In this document: one piece after another, positions 1 through 9,530 of the stretch
Position numbering within the stretch: position 1 is the first letter of the stretch
Layout: every line of letters starts with the position of its first letter
Origin: an uncultured Candidatus Saccharibacteria bacterium
Lineage (GTDB): Bacteria > Patescibacteriota > Minisyncoccia > Phycocordibacterales > Phycocordibacteraceae
Direction: 5' to 3'
Length of the DNA stretch: 64,000 nt
Assembly: GCA_964398865.1 (NCBI GenBank)
Contig: CAYNOO010000002.1
Span: forward strand, 3,588 to 67,587
Translations under genes and position numbers: made by a program
Notes under the pieces: generated by a model
What the model was told of the DNA's origin: nothing
Database searches by the model: none
Seen by the model: only the letters and a program-made list of their open reading frames with translations

Positions 1-294
1 CACAACGCATGCGGGTGTACATTTACGGTGACATCAGGCACTGACGGATCGCACGCTACTCATGGCGGATATACTCACGGCGCAGGATACAAGCTAGATA
101 TTCGTTACAGTGATAATCCAAAGCTCGAGGCGTTCGTCAGAGACTTGACCTTCTGGCGTCATTTTGATGATTGGGATGGTTCGGGACCAGGTACCTATCC
201 AGCGGATGTGTATGTAGATGGATGCGGTAATAGGTACGCACTGGAACCAAATATTCTTGATTTGCAGGTTAGAGGTGCTGCGTGTTCGTATTAG
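1..294 (+). CDS. hypothetical protein, C-terminal fragment (gene continues upstream of the window)
   Basis: Frame 1 is open from base 1 to the stop at 294. No recognisable domain. Confidence 0.3.
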   Translation, partial: HNACGCTFTVTSGTDGSHATHGGYTHGAGYKLDIRYSDNPKLEAFVRDLTFWRHFDDWDGSGPGTYPADVYVDGCGNRYALEPNILDLQVRGAACSY

Positions 295-914
295 TTTTTT
301 TCTCACATATCATGCACAACAGAAGTACGATCATAATCGCCGCGGCAACCCTTCTCTTGATGCTCAGTATGGGTGCGGGAGCGGTATATATATTATTTTT
401 CGCTCCAGAAGAAAAAGTTTCCATATCTTCTGACCCGTTCTCTAAGTTGTTGCCATTTTCAGATTCAAAAGAAGGCGCTGCAATTCCTAGTGCGAGCAAA
501 AAGAAACAAGACCTCACTGACGTACAGTCAAAAAGTATTTCCATTCATGGATTGAATGGATTCGTGGAGGTGAGAGATTTTACGAAAGATGTTGGTGTCG
601 CCAGTACTACTGAGGGGGATGCTTTTTATCTGGTTTATCCAGCTGAGGGTGCATTTTCTTACAAAGACCTTGATTATGAAATTGATTATATTCCAGAGGA
701 GCAACGCATCTTCGTTCTTATCTACAAAGAACCCATTGGTGATATACGCCGTAGAATGGCAATTGATTTGGCAAACAGATTAGGTCTCTCGGCGTCGAAC
801 CTGTGCACTCTAGATATTTTAGTAATCGCGCCTCGATGGGTGAACGACTACTATGCCGACAAGAATTTCGGCTTTCCTGGATGTCCTAATGGGATAAAGT
901 TCGCAGGCGACTGA
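282..914 (+). CDS. hypothetical membrane-anchored protein
   Basis: 210-aa ORF with a hydrophobic N-terminal segment (IIIAAATLLLMLSMGAGAVYILFF) and no recognisable domain. The start may instead be the Met at 312. Confidence 0.4.
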   Translation: MFVLVFFSHIMHNRSTIIIAAATLLLMLSMGAGAVYILFFAPEEKVSISSDPFSKLLPFSDSKEGAAIPSASKKKQDLTDVQSKSISIHGLNGFVEVRDFTKDVGVASTTEGDAFYLVYPAEGAFSYKDLDYEIDYIPEEQRIFVLIYKEPIGDIRRRMAIDLANRLGLSASNLCTLDILVIAPRWVNDYYADKNFGFPGCPNGIKFAGD

Positions 915-965
915 GCGCTTTAAGTTCTATTTTTTAAAAATCTGCCAAGCGAAGCAGGTCAAATA

Positions 966-1310
966 TTAGTGAGGTCTTGTTGTTTGCTCTCTAGGGCGCT
1001 TTTCTCTATCTCTACGCGTTTCTGGCGGTACTGTTGTAGCCGAATCATTGTTGCTTTCTGTGCTCGATGCAGAGAAGGGGATTTCAGGAAGGTCAGGGCA
1101 TTGACGCGCTTCCGCCATTTCTTCTTTCGTGAGCATGCGTCCACTACGGAGAACCGCTGCCATTTTTTCTGTTATCAATCGGCAATTAATTTCAGTGACA
1201 GATTGATTAGTGTCAGCGGATTGAGCCTCCGCATTTCCTGCGCCAAGCGTCGCTATCGCCGCGAATGCCGCAAGCAACGAGTTTCTGTGAGCGGGTCGTT
1301 CAAATGACAT
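966..1310 (-). CDS. hypothetical small secreted protein
   Basis: The internal Met gives MSFERPAHRNSLLAAFAAIATLGAGNAEA, which reads as a signal peptide. No homology recognised. Confidence 0.3.
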   Translation of the reverse strand: MSFERPAHRNSLLAAFAAIATLGAGNAEAQSADTNQSVTEINCRLITEKMAAVLRSGRMLTKEEMAEARQCPDLPEIPFSASSTESNNDSATTVPPETRRDREKRPREQTTRPH

Positions 1311-1412
1311 AGTTGAAATTGTAGCAAGAGATCGCAAGAGGGGGTTGTGGGTGTACAAGGAGATCCCTCTAAAATTGATTTTCGTATGATACTCTATTTT
1401 TTGGTAAATGTC

Positions 1413-1438
1413 AAGTGATATGATATATCATATCACTT
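1413..1438. repeat. AT-rich perfect palindrome, copy 1 (aaGTGATATGATATATCATATCACtt)
   Basis: A perfect inverted repeat read directly. The same 20-bp core recurs at 21768-21816 and 59080-59107. Confidence 0.8.
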
Positions 1439-1457
1439 CCCCTTCAGTTTTTCCTGA

Positions 1458-2348
1458 CTATACTTGTGCGAAGAAATTTTTTATGACCTGTATGACGGAT
1501 GTGGTTTCCTCTGGAGCCATCCAATGAATATTCTTGTTGTGTTTGAACCACGTTATCTGGCGTTTTGCATAGTGTCGGATTTCTGACTCTAATTCCGTAA
1601 GCATCTCGTCATATGAAATCTGCCCTTGCAGGTGTCGTGCCATATACCGGTACTCAAGCCCTAACTCTTCCATGCGCTCCCATGAGAGTCCGCCCTCATG
1701 GAGGTGTTTTGCTTCCTCCAGCATTCCCGCTTTCATCCTCTCGAGGAGTCGTGTATGAATTTTTTCATTAAGCTCATCCAGAGAAAAAGTGATTCCTATA
1801 TAGAGGACATCATACAGAGATTGCTCAGATGTTTTTGGAACCGTGCCCAATGCTTGAGCAATCTCGATCGCTCGTATCAGACGCACCGGATTTTTTGTGT
1901 CTATAGTTTCTGCTCTCTCAGGGTCTAGCTTTTTCAATCGTGCATTCAATTCTTCCAAGCTCAAAGCCGATAGTTCTAACCGCAACGCTGGATTCGGCGG
2001 GACATCAGGGAGCGTTATCGTTCCAAGTAGGGCATCTATATAAAACCCGGTGCCGCCGACAAGTATGGGGATTTTATGTCGCGCCAGCACAGCGTCCAGA
2101 GTCTCTCTGCCTAAGCGCACGTATTCAGCTGCAGAAAATGTCTCTTTGGGGTCAGCAACATCAATAAGGTGATGCGGAATGCCGTCCATCTCAGCATAGG
2201 TTACTTTTCCGCTTCCAATATCTAACTCTTTATAGACTTGTCTTGAATCGGCAGAAATTATTTCACCTCCGAGAGCCTTGGCAATCTTTATGGAAAGAGC
2301 CGTCTTGCCGGATGCTGTAGGACCGAGTATCGCTATAACTTTAGGCAT
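1458..2348 (-). CDS. miaA: tRNA dimethylallyltransferase
   Basis: N-terminal P-loop AILGPTASGKT, an SADSRQVYKELDIGSGK motif and a length of 296 aa are typical of MiaA. Confidence 0.9.
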   Translation of the reverse strand: MPKVIAILGPTASGKTALSIKIAKALGGEIISADSRQVYKELDIGSGKVTYAEMDGIPHHLIDVADPKETFSAAEYVRLGRETLDAVLARHKIPILVGGTGFYIDALLGTITLPDVPPNPALRLELSALSLEELNARLKKLDPERAETIDTKNPVRLIRAIEIAQALGTVPKTSEQSLYDVLYIGITFSLDELNEKIHTRLLERMKAGMLEEAKHLHEGGLSWERMEELGLEYRYMARHLQGQISYDEMLTELESEIRHYAKRQITWFKHNKNIHWMAPEETTSVIQVIKNFFAQV

Positions 2349-2412
2349 ATGAGCTATGTTACACTGGCTCTGTTATCCAGTGAATTAAAAATAGGCCGCG
2401 CTCAAAGGACGA

Positions 2413-3075
2413 TTGCGCGGCATGATTTCGCTAAATCAAATGGCAAAAGAAAAACAGATAGAAGAGGAGGCGCTCTTTACGAGCATGGTGCGGGTAGGAC
2501 ATCCGATTCCTGATCTTGAGTTTGAAGCGTTTCATAACGAGAAGATCAAGAAAATTCACCTGTCCGATTACAAAGGGAAGTGGCTTGTCCTTTTCTTCTA
2601 TCCTGCTGACTTTACGTTTGTGTGCCCCACAGAGCTTGAAGAGCTTGCCGATTCCCACAAAGCATTTTCCGAATTGGATACTGAGATAGTGAGTATGAGT
2701 GCGGACACGGTATTTGCGCATAAGGCATGGCATGATGCGTCGCCAGCGATAGGGAAAATAGATTTCGCAATGGGTTCTGACCCTGCTGGCAGGCTTTCAC
2801 GCGCGTTTGGCACGTATATCCACGGGGGAGACCTTGAGTGTGCTGATGATGAAGGGCTCTCGCTTCGCGGTACATTCATCATTGACCCCGACGGCATTCT
2901 CTCTACCATGGAGATTCATGACAACTCTATTGGACGCTCAGCCAAAGAGTTGCTTCGCAAGCTTCAAGCCGCTCAATTCGTTCGTGCGCATGGTGGTCAA
3001 GTGTGTCCCGCTGAGTGGCAGCCGGGGGATGACACTCTGAAAGGCGGGGATTTGGATTTGGTAGGGAAGATTTGA
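2413..3075 (+). CDS. peroxiredoxin (AhpC/TSA family)
   Basis: GKWLVLFFYPADFTFVCPTE peroxidatic-Cys motif. The true start is probably an internal Met near 2485. Confidence 0.85.
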   Translation: MRGMISLNQMAKEKQIEEEALFTSMVRVGHPIPDLEFEAFHNEKIKKIHLSDYKGKWLVLFFYPADFTFVCPTELEELADSHKAFSELDTEIVSMSADTVFAHKAWHDASPAIGKIDFAMGSDPAGRLSRAFGTYIHGGDLECADDEGLSLRGTFIIDPDGILSTMEIHDNSIGRSAKELLRKLQAAQFVRAHGGQVCPAEWQPGDDTLKGGDLDLVGKI

Positions 3076-3122
3076 GTTAGCTTTCAGGTGTCAGGTTGCA
3101 GCTATCAGTCTCTGTCTGATAT

Positions 3123-3572
3123 ATGAATGCAGAAGAAGAGTTTCTGAAAGAACTTCGAGGAGCTGATGCCATTATTGGATATTCACCCTTGGAGGATGAA
3201 CCAGATGTACATGATTTTTTGGTAAAGAATCATATTCTTAAACCGGGGCGTTCCATTATTGCCGACAAGCACGCTTCTCCAGATGATTTTGCTGCATCTC
3301 TTTTGAAAGCGCATGCTGGTGAAAAGATCTGTATCCTTATTCCAGGTCGAGAATTTGACGCCTTCGGAGCTCGGCATGGGCGTGGTGGAGGTTGGTATGA
3401 TCGTTTTCTTTCCAAGGCACCGAGAGAGTGGGCACGCATCGGTGTTCTGCACGAGTCGCAATTCTCAACGGAAAAACTCGTTCGCAAAGCGTGGGATGAG
3501 CCGGTGAGCTATTTATTGATTGAAAAAGCGGGAGTTTGGGAGGTTGTATTAGCAGATAAAAAGGCTGAATGA
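3123..3572 (+). CDS. 5-formyltetrahydrofolate cyclo-ligase family protein
   Basis: C-terminal LIPGREFDAFGARHGRGGGWYDRFL matches the 5-FCL signature (GxGxGYYDR). The N-terminal EDEPD motif also fits. At 149 aa the protein is short. Confidence 0.65.
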   Translation: MNAEEEFLKELRGADAIIGYSPLEDEPDVHDFLVKNHILKPGRSIIADKHASPDDFAASLLKAHAGEKICILIPGREFDAFGARHGRGGGWYDRFLSKAPREWARIGVLHESQFSTEKLVRKAWDEPVSYLLIEKAGVWEVVLADKKAE

Positions 3573-3587
3573 TCAGATAATAACGAG

Positions 3588-3668
3588 TGCCCGGGGTGAG
3601 ACTCGAACTCACACCTCTCGCGAGACACGATTTTGAGTCGTGCGCGGCTACCATTACGCCACCCGGGC
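3588..3668 (-). tRNA. tRNA-Leu (anticodon CAA)
   Basis: The reverse complement folds as a cloverleaf: acceptor GCCCGGG/CCCGGGC, anticodon loop CTCAAAA, a long variable arm TCTCGCGAGAGGT (type II) and a T-arm GTGAGTTCGAGTCTCAC. No encoded CCA. Confidence 0.85.
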
Positions 3669-3724
3669 TTCGGTCACGCTATCCTAACGCAAAATTTCTT
3701 TCTTTACCATGTTAGAATTTCCGC

Positions 3725-4675
3725 ATGTCGCAGTTTCAAGGAGATGCAATTTTCTGGGTTGAGGTGGAGAAGATACGCCCGAATCAATACCAGCCGAGAA
3801 CTGAGTTTGATGAAGCGAAGCTGAAAGACCTTGCCGGTTCAATACGCCAGTATGGCGTCTTGCAGCCCTTGATGGTGACGCGTTTTGAGGAGTCGCGAGA
3901 AGATGGCGGGCTCTCAACATACTACGAGCTTATTGCAGGCGAGCGGAGACTCCGAGCCTCAAAACTTGCTGGTCTTTCACAAGTGCCAGTTATCATTCGC
4001 TCCACTGAAGAGCAGAGTCGCGTGAGGTTGGAACTCGCCATCATTGAGAACCTTCAGCGCGAAGATTTGAATGCCATTGATCGCGCACGCGCGTTTGACC
4101 GCTTACAGAAAGAATTTAACTTAAACAACACTGAGATTGCCGCAAAGGTGGGGAAGAGTCGCGAATATGTATCAAACTCGATTCGTCTCTTGGCGCTGCC
4201 AGCCGAGATGCAACAGGCAGTGATTGGAGGCGCAATTTATGAGGGTCATGCGCGCGCACTTCTTATGCTTACGGACAGACCGGAAGAGCAGAAAACGGTG
4301 TTCCGCGACATTCTGGTAAGAAAATTGTCGGTTCGTGACGTCGAACAGATGACGCGTCAAATTGCAGTCGAGAGAGCTCGCAAGCGCGATGTCACTCCGG
4401 AGATTGAGGCGCTTGAGCGTGCCTTCGCGGAGTCGCTAGGCACGAAGGTAGAAATAAAATCACAGGAGAAGGGCGGAAAACTCATCATCGATTTCTTTTC
4501 GACGGAAGACTTGGAGGGAATGCTCGCGCATATGGAGCGCCATAGTGCGTCTCCTGAGGCTAAGAACGCTACTCCTCCGAGCACGGAAACAAGAAATGAC
4601 ATGGTAGACGTGCCTTCAGAGTTGGACTCTGCTCCTGCCGATGATAACTTTTCTCTAGAGCATTTTTCTATTTAA
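3725..4675 (+). CDS. parB: ParB/Spo0J family chromosome partitioning protein
   Basis: ParB box LIAGERRLRAS plus a helix-turn-helix region. No parA gene is adjacent. Confidence 0.9.
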   Translation: MSQFQGDAIFWVEVEKIRPNQYQPRTEFDEAKLKDLAGSIRQYGVLQPLMVTRFEESREDGGLSTYYELIAGERRLRASKLAGLSQVPVIIRSTEEQSRVRLELAIIENLQREDLNAIDRARAFDRLQKEFNLNNTEIAAKVGKSREYVSNSIRLLALPAEMQQAVIGGAIYEGHARALLMLTDRPEEQKTVFRDILVRKLSVRDVEQMTRQIAVERARKRDVTPEIEALERAFAESLGTKVEIKSQEKGGKLIIDFFSTEDLEGMLAHMERHSASPEAKNATPPSTETRNDMVDVPSELDSAPADDNFSLEHFSI

Positions 4676-6198
4676 TTTTTCTCTTTCTTTTTCAACGTAG
4701 CGCGTATGTAGCGACGCGCCGATGCGGTTTTTGCATACTCGAGCCATTTTTTGTTTGGTGTACCTATCTTTTTAGTCTGTATCTCAACAATGTCTCCCTT
4801 ATGAAGTTCCGTGTCGAGCCCCACTAACTTACCGTTCACTTTTGCACCCGACAATAAATCTACGAGATTGGTGTGCACTGCGTACGCAAAGTCTATCGGT
4901 GTTGCCGTTATTGGCAGGTCGATGACATCTCCTTTTGGTGTGAAGACGAACATCCGTTTCGCGAAAAAGTCTTCGCGGAGTGCCTCCTGAAATGCTTGCT
5001 CTCCTTGAAATTCTTCAGCCGCGCTATTGAGGTCCGTGAGCCAGCGCGGTGTCGGCGCAGTCGCCGGCGTAGCGTCTGTTTTCTGCCCGCGTGCCATTTT
5101 CATTAGTGATGGCACGAAGCGCCATGCCCAAGGGACTTTCAGGGCATTTTCAGCACCCTTATGGTGGTTCTTGTAGATGAAGTGAGCTGCGACTCCGAAT
5201 TTGCTTTCTCGCTGCATCTCTTCTGAGCGAATCTGTATCTCGATGATGAGCTTGTGCGGCGTAATGATGGTGGTGTGAAGTGTACGGTAGCCATTGGGTT
5301 TTGGGCTCGCGATGTAATCCTTGATGCGTCCGGGAATCGGTCGCCAGATATTATGGATGACACCAAACGCTCTGTAGCAGTCTTCCATTGTTGGCACGAT
5401 GATACGTATTGCGAAGATGTCGTACACTTTGTCTGGATCGTTGTCTTTTCTGATGAGCTTTGTTGCGAAGCTATGAACATTCTTTACGCGCGCTTCCGTA
5501 CGGAATTTTCGTATGCCCGCCTCGGCAAGTGCTTTTCGAAGGTCATTAAGCGCTCTGTCTAGCGCTTCCTTTTCTGTTTCTCCGCGCTCTTCCAAGAATT
5601 GATGAATCTTCTGGTATCTCTCTGGCTCCAGAGTTTTGAATGCCAAGTCTTCCAGTTGTGCCTTGATGAGACCGATGCCAAGCCGCTCCGCGATAGGCAC
5701 GTATACCTCTTTCGTTTCAAGCGCGATGCGCATTCTCTTTTCGATAGGTTCCACGAAATTAATCGTCTCCATGTTATGCAACCGGTCTGCGAGCTTGATG
5801 ATGATGACGCGGATATCATTTGCCGTTGCGACGAGCAGGCGACGCAAACTCTCGACGTGCCGCTCGACGCCTCGATATTTTAATTTTGAAAGTTTCGTAA
5901 CGCCTTCCACGAGGAATCGCACCGTCGCACCGAATTCTTTTTCTATTTCTTCTATCGTTACAGGAGTATCTTCAACAGTATCGTGGAGAATGCCCGCGAT
6001 TATGGTCTCGCGATCCATTCCTAATTTTGCGAGTGTCACCGCAATAGCTTTCGGATGGATGATATAGGGCTCTCCCGATTTTCGTTTCTCATCTCCGTGC
6101 GCGCGCTTAGCAAATTCATACGCTCCCTGGATAGCTTTCTGGTCTTCCGAGGAAGGCGATTGCATCGCGCGTACTATGTCGTCGGTAGGATGAGGCAT
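4672..6198 (-). CDS. relA: bifunctional (p)ppGpp synthetase/hydrolase (RelA/SpoT family)
   Basis: HD-domain motif HDTVEDT, a RelA/SpoT synthetase core and TGS/ACT-like C-terminus. 508 aa. The stop overlaps the parB stop by 4 nt, so the two genes converge. Confidence 0.9.
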   Translation of the reverse strand: MPHPTDDIVRAMQSPSSEDQKAIQGAYEFAKRAHGDEKRKSGEPYIIHPKAIAVTLAKLGMDRETIIAGILHDTVEDTPVTIEEIEKEFGATVRFLVEGVTKLSKLKYRGVERHVESLRRLLVATANDIRVIIIKLADRLHNMETINFVEPIEKRMRIALETKEVYVPIAERLGIGLIKAQLEDLAFKTLEPERYQKIHQFLEERGETEKEALDRALNDLRKALAEAGIRKFRTEARVKNVHSFATKLIRKDNDPDKVYDIFAIRIIVPTMEDCYRAFGVIHNIWRPIPGRIKDYIASPKPNGYRTLHTTIITPHKLIIEIQIRSEEMQRESKFGVAAHFIYKNHHKGAENALKVPWAWRFVPSLMKMARGQKTDATPATAPTPRWLTDLNSAAEEFQGEQAFQEALREDFFAKRMFVFTPKGDVIDLPITATPIDFAYAVHTNLVDLLSGAKVNGKLVGLDTELHKGDIVEIQTKKIGTPNKKWLEYAKTASARRYIRATLKKKEKN

Positions 6199-7043
6199 GT
6201 TGGAGTGCGGTCGAAAACTTAATTTCGGCTCAATGCAAATTTTATGGCTATGAGACAGGACGGCTCGCTCTCAGCGTATTTCCAATACGTTTCAAGGTCC
6301 GCCGGCGTCTCTTGCTTCAGAAAATCTGCATCTCGCTGATCGAAAGCAAGTGTCCGTCCGCACTCCCTCTAGTGTACAGCGCGAAAGGTCTGAGTTCCAT
6401 GTTTGAAGCGTGGGATATTTGACTGAAGGATTTTTATTTAGTAAAACGTATTTTATGAATGAAAAAGCTCCGCATGTATTTGCGTCATGTATGAATTGCC
6501 TTCACGTCATCATGAGCGACGAGCAGCGAGTAGAGGTAGGGATGGGTAGTTTGAAGATACGGTGGGCTCACGCGGTTTGTCCTAGCTAACTCCCCGAATA
6601 GTTCATGGAAGAGAGGTTTCTCCAGGAAAGCAGTCTCAAATGCGAATTGTGCGGGCAGCCTTTGACTGAAGGGCAAAAGATATGCGAGGGAAGTGGGGAG
6701 TCGGGGCTTGCTCACGAATCCTGCGTCCAAGACATCTTTGGATATTCATCCTAACTTCTCTCTACGTTTTATAGTATAGATGCATGGAAAACAGAAGAGT
6801 TCATCGAATGAGTGACGAAAGGAGAGAGCGTAGAATCAACAATCTACGCAAAGGAGTTCAATATTTAACGGCTGCATGGCTTGAAGGCTCTCCTTCGCCA
6901 GAGAAAAACAAACTTCATCACATTGCTTCAACGGCTCAAGTCGAATTATCGCATTCGCCTGAAGTTTCCCGAACAGGCAGGCATGAAATAGTACGAAGAA
7001 GAGTCGCGATCGTTTTGGCTCGGAAGTCGTGACGTTTCTTTTG

Positions 7044-9473
7044 CTACGCGGCTTTAAGCAGCTCTAGCGCTTCGGGTACAGTCAGTTTCTCAGGATCTAG
7101 GTTTTCTGGAATGCGCACATGTTTGAATCCTTTCTTCAGAAAGAATCCACTCTTTGATTTATAAAGGTAAATCTTTTTCTTGGTACGTGGATGCGTTCCC
7201 ACTTCGCGAGCAATCGCGATACCGGGGCGTCCTTTCTTTGGCTCTTTCAATATCTCCAATGCGCGCTCATAGGTTATTCCGTAAGGCTCGTCAGCACCTT
7301 TGAGAGAGCGAAAATCTCCGTTGTGCACGATAAACGGTCCAAATTTTCCTATGGCTGCTGTGATAGGCATGCTGGAATCAGGATGAGTCCCGAGTTCTCT
7401 CGGAAGAGAAAGCAGTTTCACTGCTTGTTCCATAGTGATTGTTTCAGGATTTATTTCAGGTGGAATGCTCGCTTTCCTGGTGTCAGGTTTCTTTGCCTTC
7501 CTCTTTTTCTCCTTGCCCGCCGAAGCCTCGGCGGGGGCGGGTGCTTTCTCCTCCATCTTTTCTCCCATCTCAAGGTACGGACCGAAGCGACCCACACGCA
7601 CGTGCACTGGGTGCCCCGTTTCTGGGTGATTGCCAATTGATTCTGATTCCTTGATGACCTCTCCCTTTTCGGTGCGCGATCCCTTGCAGTCGGGGAAGCG
7701 AGAACAACTCATGAATACGCCCGTGCGTGAAAGCTTCATGACCATTGGAGCTCCGCACAAGGGGCAGGGGAATTCTGGAGGTACATCGCCCAAGGTTGTG
7801 AGCTTCGCTATCCCTTCTTTTGAAGCGACATCTTTTGAAAACGGACCATAAAAATCAGTGAGAGTCTTTGTGTATTCGCGTTCTCCCGAAGCTATCTGGT
7901 CAAGTTCATCTTCCATTTCCGCCGTAAATGAATCGCTAATGTATTTCTCAAAGTTCTCTTCCAAGAAAGTTGAGACTACTTCGCCGGTTGTGGTCGGATG
8001 AAGTGCTCGTCCTATCTTCTCGACGTATCCGCGATCGACAACCGTCTTTATGATTGATGCATAGGTGGATGGTCTGCCGATGCCGCGCTTTTCTAGCTCC
8101 TTCACGAGACCCGCTTCGGTATAGCGTCCGGGAGGCTGGGTATATTTCTCCTCAGATGCGATCTTCTGCAGTTTTAATGCCTCACCCTTCTTCGCTTCCG
8201 GGAGTATCGTCTCTTCTCCCTTAGCATCGCTATCTGCCGCGAGCCAGCCATCGAAGTGAACGGTTGAGCCAGTAACGCCGAACTCGGGCATTGCCTCGCC
8301 GGAGCCTTGTGCGGAGGCGGGAACTTCAATATTTGCGATGATTTTCGCGCGTGTCATTATCGCGTCTGCCATCTGAGAGGCAACAGTGCGTGCACGAATG
8401 AGCGCGTACAGGCGTTCCTCTTCTTCTGTCGCCCCTGCCGTTTTAACCGAGACATCCGTCGGACGCACTGCTTCATGAGCTTCCTGTGCATTTTTGCTCT
8501 TCGTCTTGTAGGTTCGGATCTCCAAATATTTGTCTCCGTACTCTTTCTTGACGTGAGCCGCTATCGCGCTCACGGCTACGTCAGCGAGGTTCGTGCTATC
8601 GGTGCGCATGTAGGTTATGTGTCCTGCTTCATAGAGTCTTTGCGCGGTGCGCATCGTTCGCGATGGAGAGAAGCCAAGACGTGAACTTGCTGCCTGCTGC
8701 AAGGTGGATGTCGTGAACGGAGCCTTTGGGGAGCGCTTCACTGGCGAAGAGGTGACATCTGCAACTATCCACGCACCTTTTTCACCGTTCGCTACTATTT
8801 TTTCTGCTTCTTCAACGCTGGTCGGTTCAATAGAGCAGGTGGCAGTAAAGGTATCTTCTCGCGGAGTTTGTAAGTCTGCAGTGATGACGAAATATTGCTC
8901 TGGCTTGAATGCGCGAATCTCACGCTCTTTCTCTACGAGTATGCGCAACGCTGGTGACTGCACGCGCCCTGCGGAGAGCCCGTATCGAACTTTTTTCCAA
9001 ATGAGTCCAGAGAGGTCATATCCGACGAGCCGATCAAGCACACGCCTTGCTTCCTGAGCCTTACGAAGGTCTTGGTCAATTTTGCGCGGATGAGCGATTG
9101 CCTCTGTTACAGCGTCCTTTGTAATCTCATTGAAGACGACACGCTTCGCTCCTTTCAGGTTTGCCGCTTCGTTCAAGTGCCAGGCGATAGCTTCTCCTTC
9201 ACGGTCAGGGTCGGTTGCGAGCAATACCTCGTCGGCTTTCATAGCAGCTTCCGCAATCTTCTTGATGACGTCCGCTTTCCCGGGAACCGTAACGTAGCGG
9301 GGAATAAATCCGCCTTCTATGTCAATGGCGTCTTTGCTTGATTTCGGCAGGTCGCGTACGTGACCTACAGACGCAAGCACCTTGTAGCCTGTGCCCAGAT
9401 ATTTTTCAATCGTCTTCGCCTTTGCGGGCGATTCTACGATAACGAGCGTACTCTTTGCGCCTTTTGTTGTCAT
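7044..9473 (-). CDS. topA: DNA topoisomerase I
   Basis: TOPRIM N-terminus (LVIVESPAKAKTIEKYLG), Topo IA core and C-terminal zinc-ribbon Cys clusters. 809 aa. Confidence 0.95.
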   Translation of the reverse strand: MTTKGAKSTLVIVESPAKAKTIEKYLGTGYKVLASVGHVRDLPKSSKDAIDIEGGFIPRYVTVPGKADVIKKIAEAAMKADEVLLATDPDREGEAIAWHLNEAANLKGAKRVVFNEITKDAVTEAIAHPRKIDQDLRKAQEARRVLDRLVGYDLSGLIWKKVRYGLSAGRVQSPALRILVEKEREIRAFKPEQYFVITADLQTPREDTFTATCSIEPTSVEEAEKIVANGEKGAWIVADVTSSPVKRSPKAPFTTSTLQQAASSRLGFSPSRTMRTAQRLYEAGHITYMRTDSTNLADVAVSAIAAHVKKEYGDKYLEIRTYKTKSKNAQEAHEAVRPTDVSVKTAGATEEEERLYALIRARTVASQMADAIMTRAKIIANIEVPASAQGSGEAMPEFGVTGSTVHFDGWLAADSDAKGEETILPEAKKGEALKLQKIASEEKYTQPPGRYTEAGLVKELEKRGIGRPSTYASIIKTVVDRGYVEKIGRALHPTTTGEVVSTFLEENFEKYISDSFTAEMEDELDQIASGEREYTKTLTDFYGPFSKDVASKEGIAKLTTLGDVPPEFPCPLCGAPMVMKLSRTGVFMSCSRFPDCKGSRTEKGEVIKESESIGNHPETGHPVHVRVGRFGPYLEMGEKMEEKAPAPAEASAGKEKKRKAKKPDTRKASIPPEINPETITMEQAVKLLSLPRELGTHPDSSMPITAAIGKFGPFIVHNGDFRSLKGADEPYGITYERALEILKEPKKGRPGIAIAREVGTHPRTKKKIYLYKSKSGFFLKKGFKHVRIPENLDPEKLTVPEALELLKAA

Positions 9474-9530
9474 CAGCGCACACTAGTACGGTATGAATGT
9501 AAATGTGTCAAACCCCTATCCGATTTTTAA

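Noticed and set aside
1413-1438. Palindrome family interpreted as Fur boxes
   Set aside because: The hexamer resemblance (GATAT versus GATAAT) is only partial. The sites are mostly downstream of genes and not at iron-related promoters; none lies near the FTR1 gene. I kept it as a dispersed palindrome of unknown function.
6485-7032. ORFs 6485-6730 (-) and 6784-7032 (+) in the relA-topA spacer
   Set aside because: They have no domain similarity and no ribosome-binding site. The region is reported as possible ncRNA/decayed instead.
6199-7043. RNase P RNA, tmRNA or SRP RNA in the long spacer
   Set aside because: I searched by eye for P4 (AGGAAAGUCCGG...), the tmRNA 3' tRNA-like end (GGUUCGA...CCACCA) and the SRP domain IV motif (GGAAG...AGCAG). 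Only a weak CCAGGAAAGCAG resemblance was found, which is not enough to call a feature.
7191-9341. Multiple 60-150-aa ORFs antisense or out of frame inside topA (7191-7640, 8307-8684, 8647-9057 and others)
   Set aside because: They are fully embedded in a high-confidence 809-aa topA CDS and have no start context or domain. They are typical spurious shadow ORFs.
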